Assembly: GCA_945883285.1 (NCBI GenBank)
Contig: CAMCXH010000002.1
Coordinates: 2,898-66,897, forward strand
Direction of reading: 5' to 3'
DNA length: 64,000 nucleotides
Source of the DNA: Bordetella parapertussis
GTDB taxonomy: Bacteria; Pseudomonadota; Gammaproteobacteria; Burkholderiales; Burkholderiaceae_E
The stretch's first letter is position 1, and each line of letters opens with the position of its first letter. The position numbers and the translations under genes were made by a program. Below, one piece after another: positions 45,598 to 55,380 of this stretch. Below the pieces are notes generated by a model that was not told where the DNA came from, searched no databases, and worked only from the letters and a program-made list of their open reading frames with translations.

Positions 45598-46093
45598 GGA
45601 CGCGTGCCAGTACAAAGAGCAGGTCCGAGAGTCGATTCACATACTGGCGGCAGGCGGGTCTGATCGCCTCTTCGCCACCGAGTGACACGATCGCGCGTTC
45701 GGCGCGTCGGCAGACGGTTCGCGCAATATGCGCGATAGCGGCCGACCGTGAGCCACCGGGCAGGATGAATTCCTGAAGCCGGGGCAGGGTTGCGTTATAG
45801 CGCAGCAGCAGGGCATCGAGCCGTGCCACTTGCGACTCGGCCAGATTCTCGAAGCCCGGGATGCACAGCTCGCCGCCGAGATCGAAGAGATCGTGCTGGA
45901 TGTCGAGCAGCGCTTCCCGGATGTCATCGGGCAGCGGCTCGGTCAGCAGCAGGCCGATCGTCGAATTGAGCTCGTCGACATCACCCATGGCCGCCACCCG
46001 CAGGCTGTCCTTGCGCGTGCGACTGCCGTCGCCCAGTCCTGTCGTGCCGTCGTCGCCGGTGCGGGTGGCGATCTGAGTCAGGCGATGGCCCAT
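45539..46093 (-). CDS. pduO: ATP:cob(I)alamin adenosyltransferase, PduO type
   Basis: IATRTGDDGTTGLGDGSRTRKD..., FILPGGS..AA..HIARTVCRRAER. Confidence 0.9.
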   Translation of the reverse strand: MGHRLTQIATRTGDDGTTGLGDGSRTRKDSLRVAAMGDVDELNSTIGLLLTEPLPDDIREALLDIQHDLFDLGGELCIPGFENLAESQVARLDALLLRYNATLPRLQEFILPGGSRSAAIAHIARTVCRRAERAIVSLGGEEAIRPACRQYVNRLSDLLFVLARVLNRHEGGTDVQWQKGRRHE

Positions 46094-46154
46094 GGTGGTT
46101 GCTCGATGGAGTGCGCGAAGGCGAAGCGTTTATTTTAGGCGTTTGGCGAAGGCC

Positions 46155-47261
46155 TTACTTTGGAAACACCTTTCGCTCGCTGGCCGGCGGCAGCAGGCCG
46201 GCGCCGAAGACACGCTCGGCCGGGATCCTGACGGTCAGTCCGAAGGCATCCTTGACCTGCAGTGCCATCAGCGACAGTCGTGCCGGATCAACCTCTCCGA
46301 AGCCTTCGGCGCGCGCATCGGCCGACAGCACCGAACCGTTCAGGGTCAGCTTCAGGCGTTTGGTCTCGCGCGCCAGATCAATGCCCGCATCGTGGTCGCG
46401 CAGCGTCGCCACGGCGGCTTGCGGGTCGGCGATGACCGCCTTGACGCCGCGGGTGAAGGCTCGCAGGAAGGCCTTGACTTCGTCCGGGTGCTGCATAAGG
46501 AAGGCTTCGGACACGATGATGGCGCTGCCGTAGAGCTTTACGCCAAATTTCGAATAGGGCATCACGACGATGTCCTCGTCTTTCACGCCACTGGCATTGA
46601 GATCGAAGAGCGAGGTGAAGTAATAGCCGGTGATTGCATCAACTTCGCCGCGGGCGAGCATGGATTCTCGCTGCCCGGGTGCCATCGAGACCCACCTGAT
46701 CCGGGCCGGATCGAGGCCATTCGATTTCGCAAAGATCGGGAAGGTCTTGCGGCCGGCATCGAATGCCGGGGCCCCCAGGGTCTTGCCCGCCAGATCCGCC
46801 GGGCGCTTGATGCCCGACTTCTTCAGCGCCATCACCGCAGAGGGTGTGTTGTTGTAGACCATCATCACCGCGACCGGCTTGCCCGGCAGGTCGGGATTCG
46901 TGCCCCAGAAGGCCATCAGCGACGCCAGATCGGCAAAGCCCATGTCGCAGTCGCCCTTGGCCACGCGCGCTATCGTGCCGCCCGAGCCGTCACCGGCACT
47001 GATGGACACCTCGAGTCCCTCCTCACGAAACCAGCCTTTGGCTTTGGGCAGGGTAAAGAGCGCGGCCGGCCCCTCGAAGCGCCAGTCGAGCTGAAAGCGG
47101 ATCGGCGTGTCGCGGGCAGATGCTGTGGGAATGCTCGCGAGCAGAGCAATGAGCGCGGCAACTTTCAATCGGTCGCGCAATCCGTGGCGCAATCCGTGGC
47201 GCAATCCGTGGCGCAATCCGTGGCGCAATCTGCGACAAATCAACCCCATCGTTCGAACCAT
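46155..47261 (-). CDS. ABC transporter periplasmic substrate-binding protein (NMT1/THI5-like, NitT/TauT family)
   Basis: Signal peptide ...KVAALIALLASIPTASA. DWRFEGPAALF; body typical of the NitT/TauT SBP fold. Start at ATG 47261 or 47249. Confidence 0.8.
   Translation of the reverse strand: MVRTMGLICRRLRHGLRHGLRHGLRHGLRDRLKVAALIALLASIPTASARDTPIRFQLDWRFEGPAALFTLPKAKGWFREEGLEVSISAGDGSGGTIARVAKGDCDMGFADLASLMAFWGTNPDLPGKPVAVMMVYNNTPSAVMALKKSGIKRPADLAGKTLGAPAFDAGRKTFPIFAKSNGLDPARIRWVSMAPGQRESMLARGEVDAITGYYFTSLFDLNASGVKDEDIVVMPYSKFGVKLYGSAIIVSEAFLMQHPDEVKAFLRAFTRGVKAVIADPQAAVATLRDHDAGIDLARETKRLKLTLNGSVLSADARAEGFGEVDPARLSLMALQVKDAFGLTVRIPAERVFGAGLLPPASERKVFPK
47175..47234. repeat. 12-bp tandem repeat: 4 perfect copies of gcgcaatccgtg plus 1 degenerate copy
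   Basis: Read directly. On the minus strand it encodes (RHGL)4 in the n-region of the SBP signal peptide. Confidence 0.95.
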
Positions 47262-47438
47262 GATCAGTCTGTCAGTTTGGGGGGGCTTGTGTTCACCGAG
47301 CCGCGGTGCAGCGCTGCGGATGGCAGGTCTCATCGGATGTCTCGCTTCGTTGGGATCCCGGATTATCCGCAGTCCTTTCCTGCTTGTCCTTGCCAATCGA
47401 GCCGAGCGCCTGCTGCGCTACACTTTGCCGATTGGTTA

Positions 47439-48380
47439 ATGGCCTCGCCGCATCTGATGACAGCTTATCCGCGCGATCTGATCGGCTACGGCCGTAATCC
47501 CCCGAATGCCCGCTGGCCGGGCAATGCCCGTGTGGCGGTGCAGTTCGTCCTCAACTATGAAGAGGGCGGCGAAAACAGCGTGCTCCACGGCGATCCGGGC
47601 TCCGAGCAGTTTCTGTCCGAGATCATCGGTGCCCCCGCCTATCCCGACCGCCATCTCTCGATGGAGTCGATCTACGAGTATGGCTCGCGTGCCGGCGTCT
47701 GGCGCATCCTGCGCGAGTTCGAGCGCCGCGGTCTGCCGCTGACGGTCTTCGGCATTTCGATGGCGCTCGAGCGTCATCCCGATCTCACGCGCGCTTTCGT
47801 CGAACTCGGCCATGAGATCGCCTGCCACGGCTGGCGCTGGATTCACTACCAGTCGATGGACGAAGCCACCGAGCGCGAGCACATGCGCATCGGTATGGGC
47901 ATCGTCGAGCGGCTCACCGGCGAGCGGCCGCTGGGCTGGTACACCGGGCGCGACAGCCCGAATACCCGGCGTCTGGTGGCCGACGACGGCGGCTTTCTCT
48001 ACGACTCCGATTACTACGGCGACGATCTGCCCTTCTGGACCCGGGTCACCCGCACCGACGGCGTCGAGGTCGATCACCTGATCGTCCCCTATACCCTCGA
48101 TGCCAACGACATGCGCTTTGCCACGCCGCAGGGTTTCAACACCGGTGAGCAATTCCTGCAGTACCTGACCGATACCTTCGATGTGCTTTATGCCGAAGGC
48201 GAAGACACACCACGCATGATGTCGATCGGCATGCATTGCCGCCTGCTCGGGCGGCCCGGTCGGTTTCGGGCGCTGCAGCGTTTCCTGGACCATCTGCAGC
48301 GCCACGATCGGGTCTGGGTCTGCCGGCGGGTCGATATCGCCCGCCACTGGATCGCCCACCATCCGGCGCCCGCCCGGTGA
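47439..48380 (+). CDS. puuE: Allantoinase PuuE (polysaccharide deacetylase family)
   Basis: 313 aa from ATG 47439: YPRDLIGYG..PP.A.WPG.ARVAVQFVLNYEEGGE..., HGWRWI.Y. The 762-aa track ORF is an upstream over-extension. Confidence 0.88.
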   Translation: MASPHLMTAYPRDLIGYGRNPPNARWPGNARVAVQFVLNYEEGGENSVLHGDPGSEQFLSEIIGAPAYPDRHLSMESIYEYGSRAGVWRILREFERRGLPLTVFGISMALERHPDLTRAFVELGHEIACHGWRWIHYQSMDEATEREHMRIGMGIVERLTGERPLGWYTGRDSPNTRRLVADDGGFLYDSDYYGDDLPFWTRVTRTDGVEVDHLIVPYTLDANDMRFATPQGFNTGEQFLQYLTDTFDVLYAEGEDTPRMMSIGMHCRLLGRPGRFRALQRFLDHLQRHDRVWVCRRVDIARHWIAHHPAPAR

Positions 48381-48407
48381 GCGCCCGATGAGCGCCCGAT
48401 GAGCGCT
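48378..48407. repeat. 11-bp tandem duplication (tgagcgcccga x2, plus a partial copy) spanning the puuE stop and the next start
   Basis: Read directly. It contains the puuE TGA (48378) and the ATG at 48399. Confidence 0.9.
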
Positions 48408-49637
48408 ACAGCCTGTCGCTTCGGCGAATCGATCCTGGCGCGCGCCGAGCTGCTCGCCGCGATTACCCAGGACGCGCCGCGCCTGACCCGCGCCTACCTC
48501 ACGCCCGAACATCGGCATGCAGGTGAACTGATCGCGGGCTGGATGCGCGAGGCCGGCATGTCGGTCCACTGGGATGCGCTTGGCAATGTGGTGGGCCGCT
48601 ATGAGGGCAGTGTCGCCGATGCACCGGTGCTGATGACCGGCTCGCACCTCGACAGCGTGCGCAATGCCGGTCGCTATGACGGCCTCTTCGGCATCCTCTC
48701 GCCGATCGCCTGCGTGGCCGATCTGCACCGGCGTGGGCTTCGGCTGCCGGTGGCCATCGAGGTGGTGGCTTTCGGCGACGAGGAAGGGGTGCGCTTCGGT
48801 GTCACGCTGATCGGCAGCAAGGCGATGGCGGGTGCTTTCAATCCGGCATGGCTTGAGGCCACCGATGCCGGCGGCCTCTCGATGCGTGATGCCCTGCGCG
48901 AGTTCGGCGGGGATCCTGATGCGGTGGCCAGCGTCGATCGACGCGGCAAGGGCGTGGTCGCGTTCATCGAGTCGCATATCGAACAGGGGCCGGTGCTGCT
49001 CAATGCCGGCCTGTCGCTTGGTGTGGTCACCGCGATCGCGGGTGCAAGTCGCATTCGCTGCGTCGTCACCGGTCTGGCCGGACATGCCGGCACGGTGCCG
49101 ATGCCGGCCCGACAGGACGCGCTCGCCGCCGCCAGCGAAATGGTGCTGGCGCTCGAGCGACACTGCACCGTGCAGCCCGGCCTGGTCGGCACGGTCGGGC
49201 GGATGACGGTGCTGCCTGGTGCGGTCAACGTGATCCCGCAGGATGTCGAGTTCACGGTCGATCTGCGCTCAGGCGTCGATGCCACCCGTCATGCCGCACT
49301 CGAGGCCTTGCGCGTCGAGTTCGCGGCCATTGCCACGCGGCGTCGGGTCGAGATGGCCTTCGAGCCCTTTTTCGAGCTGACCGCCTCGCCCTGTGATGAG
49401 CGCCTGCAGCAGCAGTTTGCCGACGCGATCGCCGCCCAGGGGCTGCCGGTGCGGCATCTGCCTTCCGGCGCCGGCCATGACGCCATGTCGTTTCCGGCGG
49501 TCTGCCCGATTGCCATGCTCTTCGTGCGCTGTGGCAACGGCGGCATCAGCCATCATCCCGACGAGACCATGACCCTCGAAGATGCCGATGCCGCGACCGA
49601 GGTGCTGCTGCGTTTTATCGAGAACTTCGCGGCCTGA
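48399..49637 (+). CDS. M20-family Zn-dependent amidohydrolase (allantoate amidohydrolase / N-carbamoyl-L-amino-acid hydrolase type)
   Basis: 412 aa. TGSHLDSV.NAG.YDG..G, FGDEEG. Adjacent to puuE. Confidence 0.85.
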   Translation: MSATACRFGESILARAELLAAITQDAPRLTRAYLTPEHRHAGELIAGWMREAGMSVHWDALGNVVGRYEGSVADAPVLMTGSHLDSVRNAGRYDGLFGILSPIACVADLHRRGLRLPVAIEVVAFGDEEGVRFGVTLIGSKAMAGAFNPAWLEATDAGGLSMRDALREFGGDPDAVASVDRRGKGVVAFIESHIEQGPVLLNAGLSLGVVTAIAGASRIRCVVTGLAGHAGTVPMPARQDALAAASEMVLALERHCTVQPGLVGTVGRMTVLPGAVNVIPQDVEFTVDLRSGVDATRHAALEALRVEFAAIATRRRVEMAFEPFFELTASPCDERLQQQFADAIAAQGLPVRHLPSGAGHDAMSFPAVCPIAMLFVRCGNGGISHHPDETMTLEDADAATEVLLRFIENFAA

Positions 49638-49658
49638 GTGCCGGCAGTCCTGGACGGC

Positions 49659-51146
49659 TCATTCCTTCGTGTCGAGGGCAACGCCGGCCGCCGTCGGGAC
49701 CCTGCTGCGGACCCAGCCGGTGGCCAGGTCATAGGCATGGCCGAGCTGCATGACCGCCTGGTCGGCCTGCGGCCGGCCGATCAGCTGCAGTCCCATCGGC
49801 AGGCCGCGCGCATCGAAGCCTGCCGGCACACTCAGCGCCGGCAGTCCGGCCAGCGTCACGCCGGCCACGACTTCCATCCAGCGATGGTAGGAGTCCATCG
49901 CTCGTCCGTCGAGCTCGCCCGGCCAGCGCTGTGTGAGGTCGAAGGGAAAGCACTGGGCGGTCGGAAGGGCCAGAAAGTCGTAGCGTTCAAAGAGCGCGAG
50001 CACCCGCTGATACCAGGCAGTGCGCACCACGGTTGCCCGCTGGACTTCGCTCGTGCTCATCGCCTGACCCTGCTCAAATTCCCATTGCGTCTCGGGCTTG
50101 ACCTGCGCCCACCGCGCAGGATCGGCATGGATCGGCTCGAAGCGTCCGACGTTCGACAGTGAACGCAGCGCGCAGAAGCTTCGCCAGAGCGACTCGGCAT
50201 CAAAGCCCAGCGGGGTCGCTTCAACATGGCAGCCCAGACCAGCGAAGTCCTGCAAGGCGCGTTCGCACAGCGCGAGGACACCCGGCTCCATGGCCAGATG
50301 CCCGTCGTAGTCGCCGAGCCAGCCGATCTTCACCGTGCGCCAGTGATCGGCGTCGCGGGTGAGGTTCTCGGGACCGATGCCGGCATCCCTGGGCAGCGAC
50401 AAGGGCTGACGCGGATCAGCGCCGGCCTGCGTGGCCAGCAGTGCGGCGAGATCGGGAAGGTTTCGCGCCATCGGACCTTCGGTCGAGAGCTGCGAAAAAA
50501 ACACATCGTCGGCCGGCCATTTCGGCACGCGCCCGCGCGACGGACGCATTCCGAAGACATTGCTCCAGCCGGCCGGATTGCGCAGCGAGCCACCGAAGTC
50601 GCTGCCATCGGCCACCGGCAGCATGCGCAGGGCCAGGCCGACCGCCGCACCACCGCTCGAGCCGCCGCAGGTGCGGCGCGCGTCGTAGGCATTCGGCGTG
50701 ACACCGAATACCGGATTGAAGGTGTGCGAGCCCATGCCCCACTCGGGGACGTTGGTCTTGCCGATGATGATGGCGCCGGCCGCCTTGATGCGCGAGACCA
50801 TCAGCGAATCGGCAGCCGGGACGTGGTTGCGAAAGAGCGGCGAGCCCCAGGTGGTGACGATGCCCGCGGTCTGCTCGAGGTCTTTGACTGCATGCGGAAA
50901 ACCATGCATCCAGCCGAGTGACTCACCTCGGCTGAGCTGGGCGTCGCGGACATCGGCCTGCGCCAGCAGGTCGGCTTCGTCGCGCATTGAAACGATGGCA
51001 TTGGCCTGGCCGTTGAGTTTGCCGATGCGACCGAGAAATGCCTGCATCACCTCACGGCAGGAGGCGTCGCGTCGATGGATCGTCGCCGACAACTCAAGGG
51101 CATCGAGCTGGCACAGGTCGTTGGAAGGTTTCGGTGCGGCCGTCAT
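49659..51146 (-). CDS. Amidase (amidase-signature family)
   Basis: GGSSGGAAVGLA signature plus the upstream GKTNVPEWG region. Start moved to ATG 51146. Confidence 0.88.
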   Translation of the reverse strand: MTAAPKPSNDLCQLDALELSATIHRRDASCREVMQAFLGRIGKLNGQANAIVSMRDEADLLAQADVRDAQLSRGESLGWMHGFPHAVKDLEQTAGIVTTWGSPLFRNHVPAADSLMVSRIKAAGAIIIGKTNVPEWGMGSHTFNPVFGVTPNAYDARRTCGGSSGGAAVGLALRMLPVADGSDFGGSLRNPAGWSNVFGMRPSRGRVPKWPADDVFFSQLSTEGPMARNLPDLAALLATQAGADPRQPLSLPRDAGIGPENLTRDADHWRTVKIGWLGDYDGHLAMEPGVLALCERALQDFAGLGCHVEATPLGFDAESLWRSFCALRSLSNVGRFEPIHADPARWAQVKPETQWEFEQGQAMSTSEVQRATVVRTAWYQRVLALFERYDFLALPTAQCFPFDLTQRWPGELDGRAMDSYHRWMEVVAGVTLAGLPALSVPAGFDARGLPMGLQLIGRPQADQAVMQLGHAYDLATGWVRSRVPTAAGVALDTKE

Positions 51147-51148
51147 GG

Positions 51149-51559
51149 TCAGGCTCGCTCGAAGACCACGTCCTGGGCGCCTTCCCAGAGCACCTTGACA
51201 CCCAGGGCCCGCAGGTTCTCGCGACCTTCGGTGATCGTCAGGAAGTGGTTGCCGGCCAGCTGGCCCATCTTCGAGGCAAAGCAGCACGAGCCATAGGCCA
51301 GGATGATCTCGGTCTCGCTGAAGCCGCCCGGATAAAACAGGATGTCGCCGACCGACGGGTGGCTGGTGTGGTTCTCGAAACCCACGCTGAGTTCGAAGTC
51401 GCCAAGCGGCACCCAGACGCCTTCGCCGCTCCAGCGCACATGAATCATCTTTTGCCGGTAGGGCAAAAGCGCCAGGAAGGCAGCGACGGTTTTCGGGGCG
51501 TCGGGGTTGGTTTCGGCGATGAAGGTGTGGCCTGCAGCAGTGATCTTGATCCGGGGCAT
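51149..51559 (-). CDS. DUF3830-like (cyclophilin-like fold) protein
   Basis: MPRIKITAAGHTFIAE...; its stop lies 2 nt before the amidase start. The family name is from memory. Confidence 0.65.
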   Translation of the reverse strand: MPRIKITAAGHTFIAETNPDAPKTVAAFLALLPYRQKMIHVRWSGEGVWVPLGDFELSVGFENHTSHPSVGDILFYPGGFSETEIILAYGSCCFASKMGQLAGNHFLTITEGRENLRALGVKVLWEGAQDVVFERA

Positions 51560-51675
51560 GATGGGCTCAGACAGGGTCGGCAAACGCCGATTGTCCTCGA
51601 AGATCGCCGGAAGTTGGTGGTGAAGCGATGCTGAGGCACGATAATCATCGGTCCGATCCGATCGGCTCTCCTGTC

Positions 51676-52461
51676 ATGACCCGCAATCCGAATCGCGCAG
51701 CGGCCACCCTTGTCTTTGTGCACGGCGCCTGTTTTGGTCCCTGGATCTGGGCCGAGCATCTGGTGCCGCACTTCGAGGCACTCGGTCTGCGCTGCTTCGC
51801 CCCCGACCTTCACGAGGCCTGGCCGCACGTACAGTGGTCGGCATCGATCGCCCGATTTCCGATCGCCCGCTACACCGATCGCCTGCACGGCATGCTCGAT
51901 CAACTCAGCGGCCCGAAAATTCTGATCGGCCATGCAATGGGCGCGCGCATCGTCGAAGGGCTGATTGAGCGGGGTGCCCGCGATGGCGCGGTGCTGATTG
52001 CGCCGACGCCGCCCGAGGGCCTCGAGGCCGCGATGCGCGATCTGCTCATGCGTTTCCCGGCGTCGCTGTCGCGCACGGTCGTCGCGCGCCGCCCGCGGCT
52101 GATCTTCGGTGATCCCGTTCGAGCCGATCCCGAACGCCTGTTGCAGCGCTTGCTGTCGCAAGGCGATGACCGGGATTCGCGGGAGCTCGCCGACCTGCTG
52201 GCGGCCCGCCTGCGCGATGAGTCCTTGGCAGCCTGTCGCGACTGGCTGCGCCCGTCGTCGATGTCGGCTGTCCTGCGCACCATGCCGGTGCTGGCCATCG
52301 GTGGCCGGGAGGATCCGCTGGTTACCCCTGCGGTCCTGCGTCATGCCGCGGCGCAGTGGGGTGCCGCGGCCCATGTCGTGCCCCATGCCGGGCATCTGCC
52401 GATGCTCGGTGCGGGCGCGATGACGGTGGCCCGGCATATCGAGCGCTGGCTCTTCGACTAG
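51676..52461 (+). CDS. Alpha/beta-fold hydrolase
   Basis: LVFVHGACFGPW, nucleophile elbow GHAMGA, C-terminal GH..PM. Confidence 0.75.
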   Translation: MTRNPNRAAATLVFVHGACFGPWIWAEHLVPHFEALGLRCFAPDLHEAWPHVQWSASIARFPIARYTDRLHGMLDQLSGPKILIGHAMGARIVEGLIERGARDGAVLIAPTPPEGLEAAMRDLLMRFPASLSRTVVARRPRLIFGDPVRADPERLLQRLLSQGDDRDSRELADLLAARLRDESLAACRDWLRPSSMSAVLRTMPVLAIGGREDPLVTPAVLRHAAAQWGAAAHVVPHAGHLPMLGAGAMTVARHIERWLFD

Positions 52462-52582
52462 CCGCACCGTGCCGGTCGCAGTGACCGCGGGTATCATCAA
52501 AGCAGACCGGCCGAGTCATCGGCCATCGCCATCAATCGTCGCCAGCGAGCCGCTCCGTCAGGCTTGTGTCCCAGAGGCCATC

Positions 52583-53995
52583 ATGAATCATCCCTATGCC
52601 CTGTCCGCGTCCCTGAAACGTCCGCTGCCCGAGGCGCTGGCCGCGCGGCTGCGAAGCCATTTCGGCGACCGCTTCAGCACGGCTGCGGCTGTTCGTGAGC
52701 ATCATGGCCGCGATGAGTCGCCCTTTCCGGTCACACCACCCGATGCGGTCGTCTTCGCCGAGTCGATCGACGATATCGTCGAAGCGGTCAAGGCCTGTGC
52801 CGAGCATCGCTTCCCGATCATCGCCTTCGGCGCCGGCTCATCACTCGAAGGGCATCTGCTGGCGGTGCAGGGTGGTCTGACCATCGACGTCAGCCAGATG
52901 AACCGCGTGCTGTCGGTCGATGCCGAAGACCTCACCTGTACGGTTCAGGCCGGCGTGACCCGCAAGCAGCTCAACGAGCACATCAAGGACACTGGTCTGT
53001 TTTTCCCGATCGATCCTGGCGCCGACGCTTCGCTCGGCGGCATGTCGGCCACCCGCGCCTCCGGGACCAACGCGGTGCGCTACGGCACCATGCGCGAGAA
53101 CGTGCTTGGCCTGACCGTTGTGACCGCGCAGGGCAAGGTGATCCGGACCGGTGGTCGTGCGAAGAAGTCTTCGGCCGGCTATGACCTCACGCGGCTGATG
53201 GTGGGCTCCGAAGGCACGCTCGGCATCATTGCCGAGGTGACCGTGCGGCTCTACCCGATGCCCGAGGCGATGTCGGCGGCGGTCTGCAATTTTTCATCCC
53301 TGTCGGATGCGGTGCGCACCGTGATCGAGACCATTCAGCTCGGCGTGCCGGTCGCCCGCAGCGAGTTCCTCGACGCCATGACCATCCGCGCCATCAACCG
53401 CCATAGCCACACCACCCTGCGTGAGGCGCCGACGCTCTTTTTCGAGTTCCACGGGACCGAGTCGTCGGTGCGTGAGCAGGCGGCCGCGGTGCAGGAGCTG
53501 GTGCATGCCAATGGCGGCCAGGACTTCGAATGGGCGACCCACCCCGAAGACCGCACGCGGCTCTGGAATGCCCGCCACAACGCCTATTTCGCCTGCCTGC
53601 AGTTGCGACCGGGTTGCCGCGCGATCTCCACCGACACCTGTGTGCCGATCTCCCGGCTGGCCGACTCGATCACTGGCGCCCGCGCCATTCTCGATACCGC
53701 CGACTTCCCGACCGCACTGCTTGGCCATGTGGGCGACGGCAACTTTCACGCGGTGCTGCTCATCGACCCGGCCAATCAGGCCGAAGTCGAGCAGGCCGAG
53801 CGCCTGAACGATCAGATCGTGCGTCTGGCCCTCTCGATGGACGGCACCTGCACCGGCGAACATGGCATCGGCCTGCACAAGATCGGCTTTCTGATCGAAG
53901 AGGCGGGCGAGGATGCAATCGAGCTGATGCGCGGCATCAAGCGGGCCTTCGACCCCGACGGCATCCTCAATCCCGGCAAGATCTTTCGCGCCTGA
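52583..53995 (+). CDS. FAD-linked oxidase (D-lactate dehydrogenase / GlcD-like)
   Basis: FAD_binding_4 pattern PIIAFGAGSSLEGH...; C-terminal GTCTGEHGIG..K. Confidence 0.88.
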   Translation: MNHPYALSASLKRPLPEALAARLRSHFGDRFSTAAAVREHHGRDESPFPVTPPDAVVFAESIDDIVEAVKACAEHRFPIIAFGAGSSLEGHLLAVQGGLTIDVSQMNRVLSVDAEDLTCTVQAGVTRKQLNEHIKDTGLFFPIDPGADASLGGMSATRASGTNAVRYGTMRENVLGLTVVTAQGKVIRTGGRAKKSSAGYDLTRLMVGSEGTLGIIAEVTVRLYPMPEAMSAAVCNFSSLSDAVRTVIETIQLGVPVARSEFLDAMTIRAINRHSHTTLREAPTLFFEFHGTESSVREQAAAVQELVHANGGQDFEWATHPEDRTRLWNARHNAYFACLQLRPGCRAISTDTCVPISRLADSITGARAILDTADFPTALLGHVGDGNFHAVLLIDPANQAEVEQAERLNDQIVRLALSMDGTCTGEHGIGLHKIGFLIEEAGEDAIELMRGIKRAFDPDGILNPGKIFRA

Positions 53996-54053
53996 TCCGC
54001 CTGGGCCTTCGATTCTCCGACCTGCCGACCTGATCGTCAGAGTCTTGCGACCG

Positions 54054-54968
54054 ATGGATCTCTCGCAGCAGCCCCGGGAGCCCCTTGAGCCTCAGGGCTC
54101 CCAGTGGCAGCCAGCCACTGGCTGGCGTGCGCGGCTCGATCTGCGTTTCGAAGATCGAGCCGGTCGCACGCGCCTTGTCCACAACCGGCATGAAGGTCCG
54201 CTGCGCCTGATCAAGGCCCTGCCGCTCGCCGATGGCCGCTGTCAGGCGGTAATCGTGCATCCTCCGGGTGGGCTGGTCGGTGGCGATCGCCTCGATCTCG
54301 ACATTCATCTGGCGCCCGGGGCGCGTGTGCTGTGCACCACTCCGGGCGCCCAGAAGTGGTATCGCAGCACGGCGCATGCGGCGTGCGCCTGCACGCGGGT
54401 CAGGCTGGATGCGGCGGCCTCACTTGAATGGCTGCCACAGCCGGCGATCGTCTATGCCGCCGCGCAGGTCGATCAGTCGATTGCCTTCGACCTTGCGTCG
54501 GATGCCCGTTTCATCGGCTGGGAATGCCTGGTCCTGGGGCGGGCGGCGATGGGTGAGCGTTTTGATCGCGGCGCGCTGCGACAGCGTCTGAGTCTTGATG
54601 TCGGCGGCGTGCCGGTCTGGGCCGAGCACCTCAACGCGCAGGCCACCGACCGGCTTTTCAGCTCGCCGCTGGGGTTCGGCGGTCGGACCGTGGCCTGCAC
54701 CGTCTGGGCAGTGGCACCCGATGACGCGCTCGATGACGACCTGCTGCAGGCCTGGCGCGGCGCCCTTGATGCGGCTTGCGCAGCCCTGCCCGGCAGGGCG
54801 ATCCGGCTTGCGGCAGGCGCGTCTCGACCAACTGCCGGCTTGATCGCAGCCCGCCTGCTCGCCGATGATTCCGAGTCGGTGATGCAGGTTGCCCAGACGC
54901 TCTGGTCACTGGCCAGACCGGTGGTGCTCGGTGCCGCCAGCCCGCCGCCCCGTATTTGGGCCACCTGA
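54054..54968 (+). CDS. ureD: Urease accessory protein UreD
   Basis: GWRARLDLRF..., VIVHPPGGLVGGD. First gene of the ure cluster. ATG 54054 preferred over TTG 54045. Confidence 0.88.
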   Translation: MDLSQQPREPLEPQGSQWQPATGWRARLDLRFEDRAGRTRLVHNRHEGPLRLIKALPLADGRCQAVIVHPPGGLVGGDRLDLDIHLAPGARVLCTTPGAQKWYRSTAHAACACTRVRLDAAASLEWLPQPAIVYAAAQVDQSIAFDLASDARFIGWECLVLGRAAMGERFDRGALRQRLSLDVGGVPVWAEHLNAQATDRLFSSPLGFGGRTVACTVWAVAPDDALDDDLLQAWRGALDAACAALPGRAIRLAAGASRPTAGLIAARLLADDSESVMQVAQTLWSLARPVVLGAASPPPRIWAT

Positions 54969-55001
54969 GTCGAACCCTTCACCCTCTCACCGGACCCCAC
55001 G

Positions 55002-55304
55002 ATGGATCTCACGCCGCGCGAAAAGGACAAACTGCTTATCTTCACCGCCGGGTTGCTCGCCGAGCGCAGGCGCGCCCGGGGCCTGAAGCTCAACTACCCG
55101 GAGGCGGTGGCCTACATCACGGCAGCGGTCCTTGAGGGTGCCCGCGATGGCCGCTCGGTGGCCGACCTGATGCACTACGGTACGACGCTGCTTGGCCGCG
55201 ACGATGTGATGGATGGCGTGCCCGAGATGATCCCGGATATTCAGGTCGAAGCCACCTTTCCGGACGGCACCAAGCTGGTGACGGTTCATCATCCGATCGC
55301 CTGA
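55002..55304 (+). CDS. ureA: Urease subunit gamma
   Basis: [35 protein letters not shown]... Confidence 0.95.
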   Translation: MDLTPREKDKLLIFTAGLLAERRRARGLKLNYPEAVAYITAAVLEGARDGRSVADLMHYGTTLLGRDDVMDGVPEMIPDIQVEATFPDGTKLVTVHHPIA

Positions 55305-55380
55305 ACGCAGCGACATTTCAAGGCGTTCTCCGACAGACCGATGCGGTCATAACCCGTCTATCATGCGGCTAAGCTGCGCT

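Noticed and set aside
47175-47234. Possible CRISPR-like array
   Set aside because: The units are only 12 bp and directly abutting with no spacers. They lie inside a CDS, and no cas genes are present. This is a simple tandem repeat.
46092-47438. N-terminal ~450 aa of the 762-aa + ORF 46092-48380
   Set aside because: Only the last 313 codons (from ATG 47439) match allantoinase PuuE. The upstream part is antisense to the substrate-binding protein gene, contains the repeat-derived QSVA run, and is an open-frame artefact of high GC.
47262-47438. TPP riboswitch upstream of the NMT1/THI5-like binding-protein gene
   Set aside because: I read the minus-strand leader and could not find the conserved CUGAGA ... 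ACCUGAUCUGGAUAAUGCCAGCG-type core. This is most likely just a divergent promoter region shared with puuE.
53996-54053. Sigma-54 (GG-N10-GC) promoter upstream of ureD, for nitrogen control
   Set aside because: No TGGCAC-N5-TTGC-like element is present in the short spacer. I cannot support a promoter call here.
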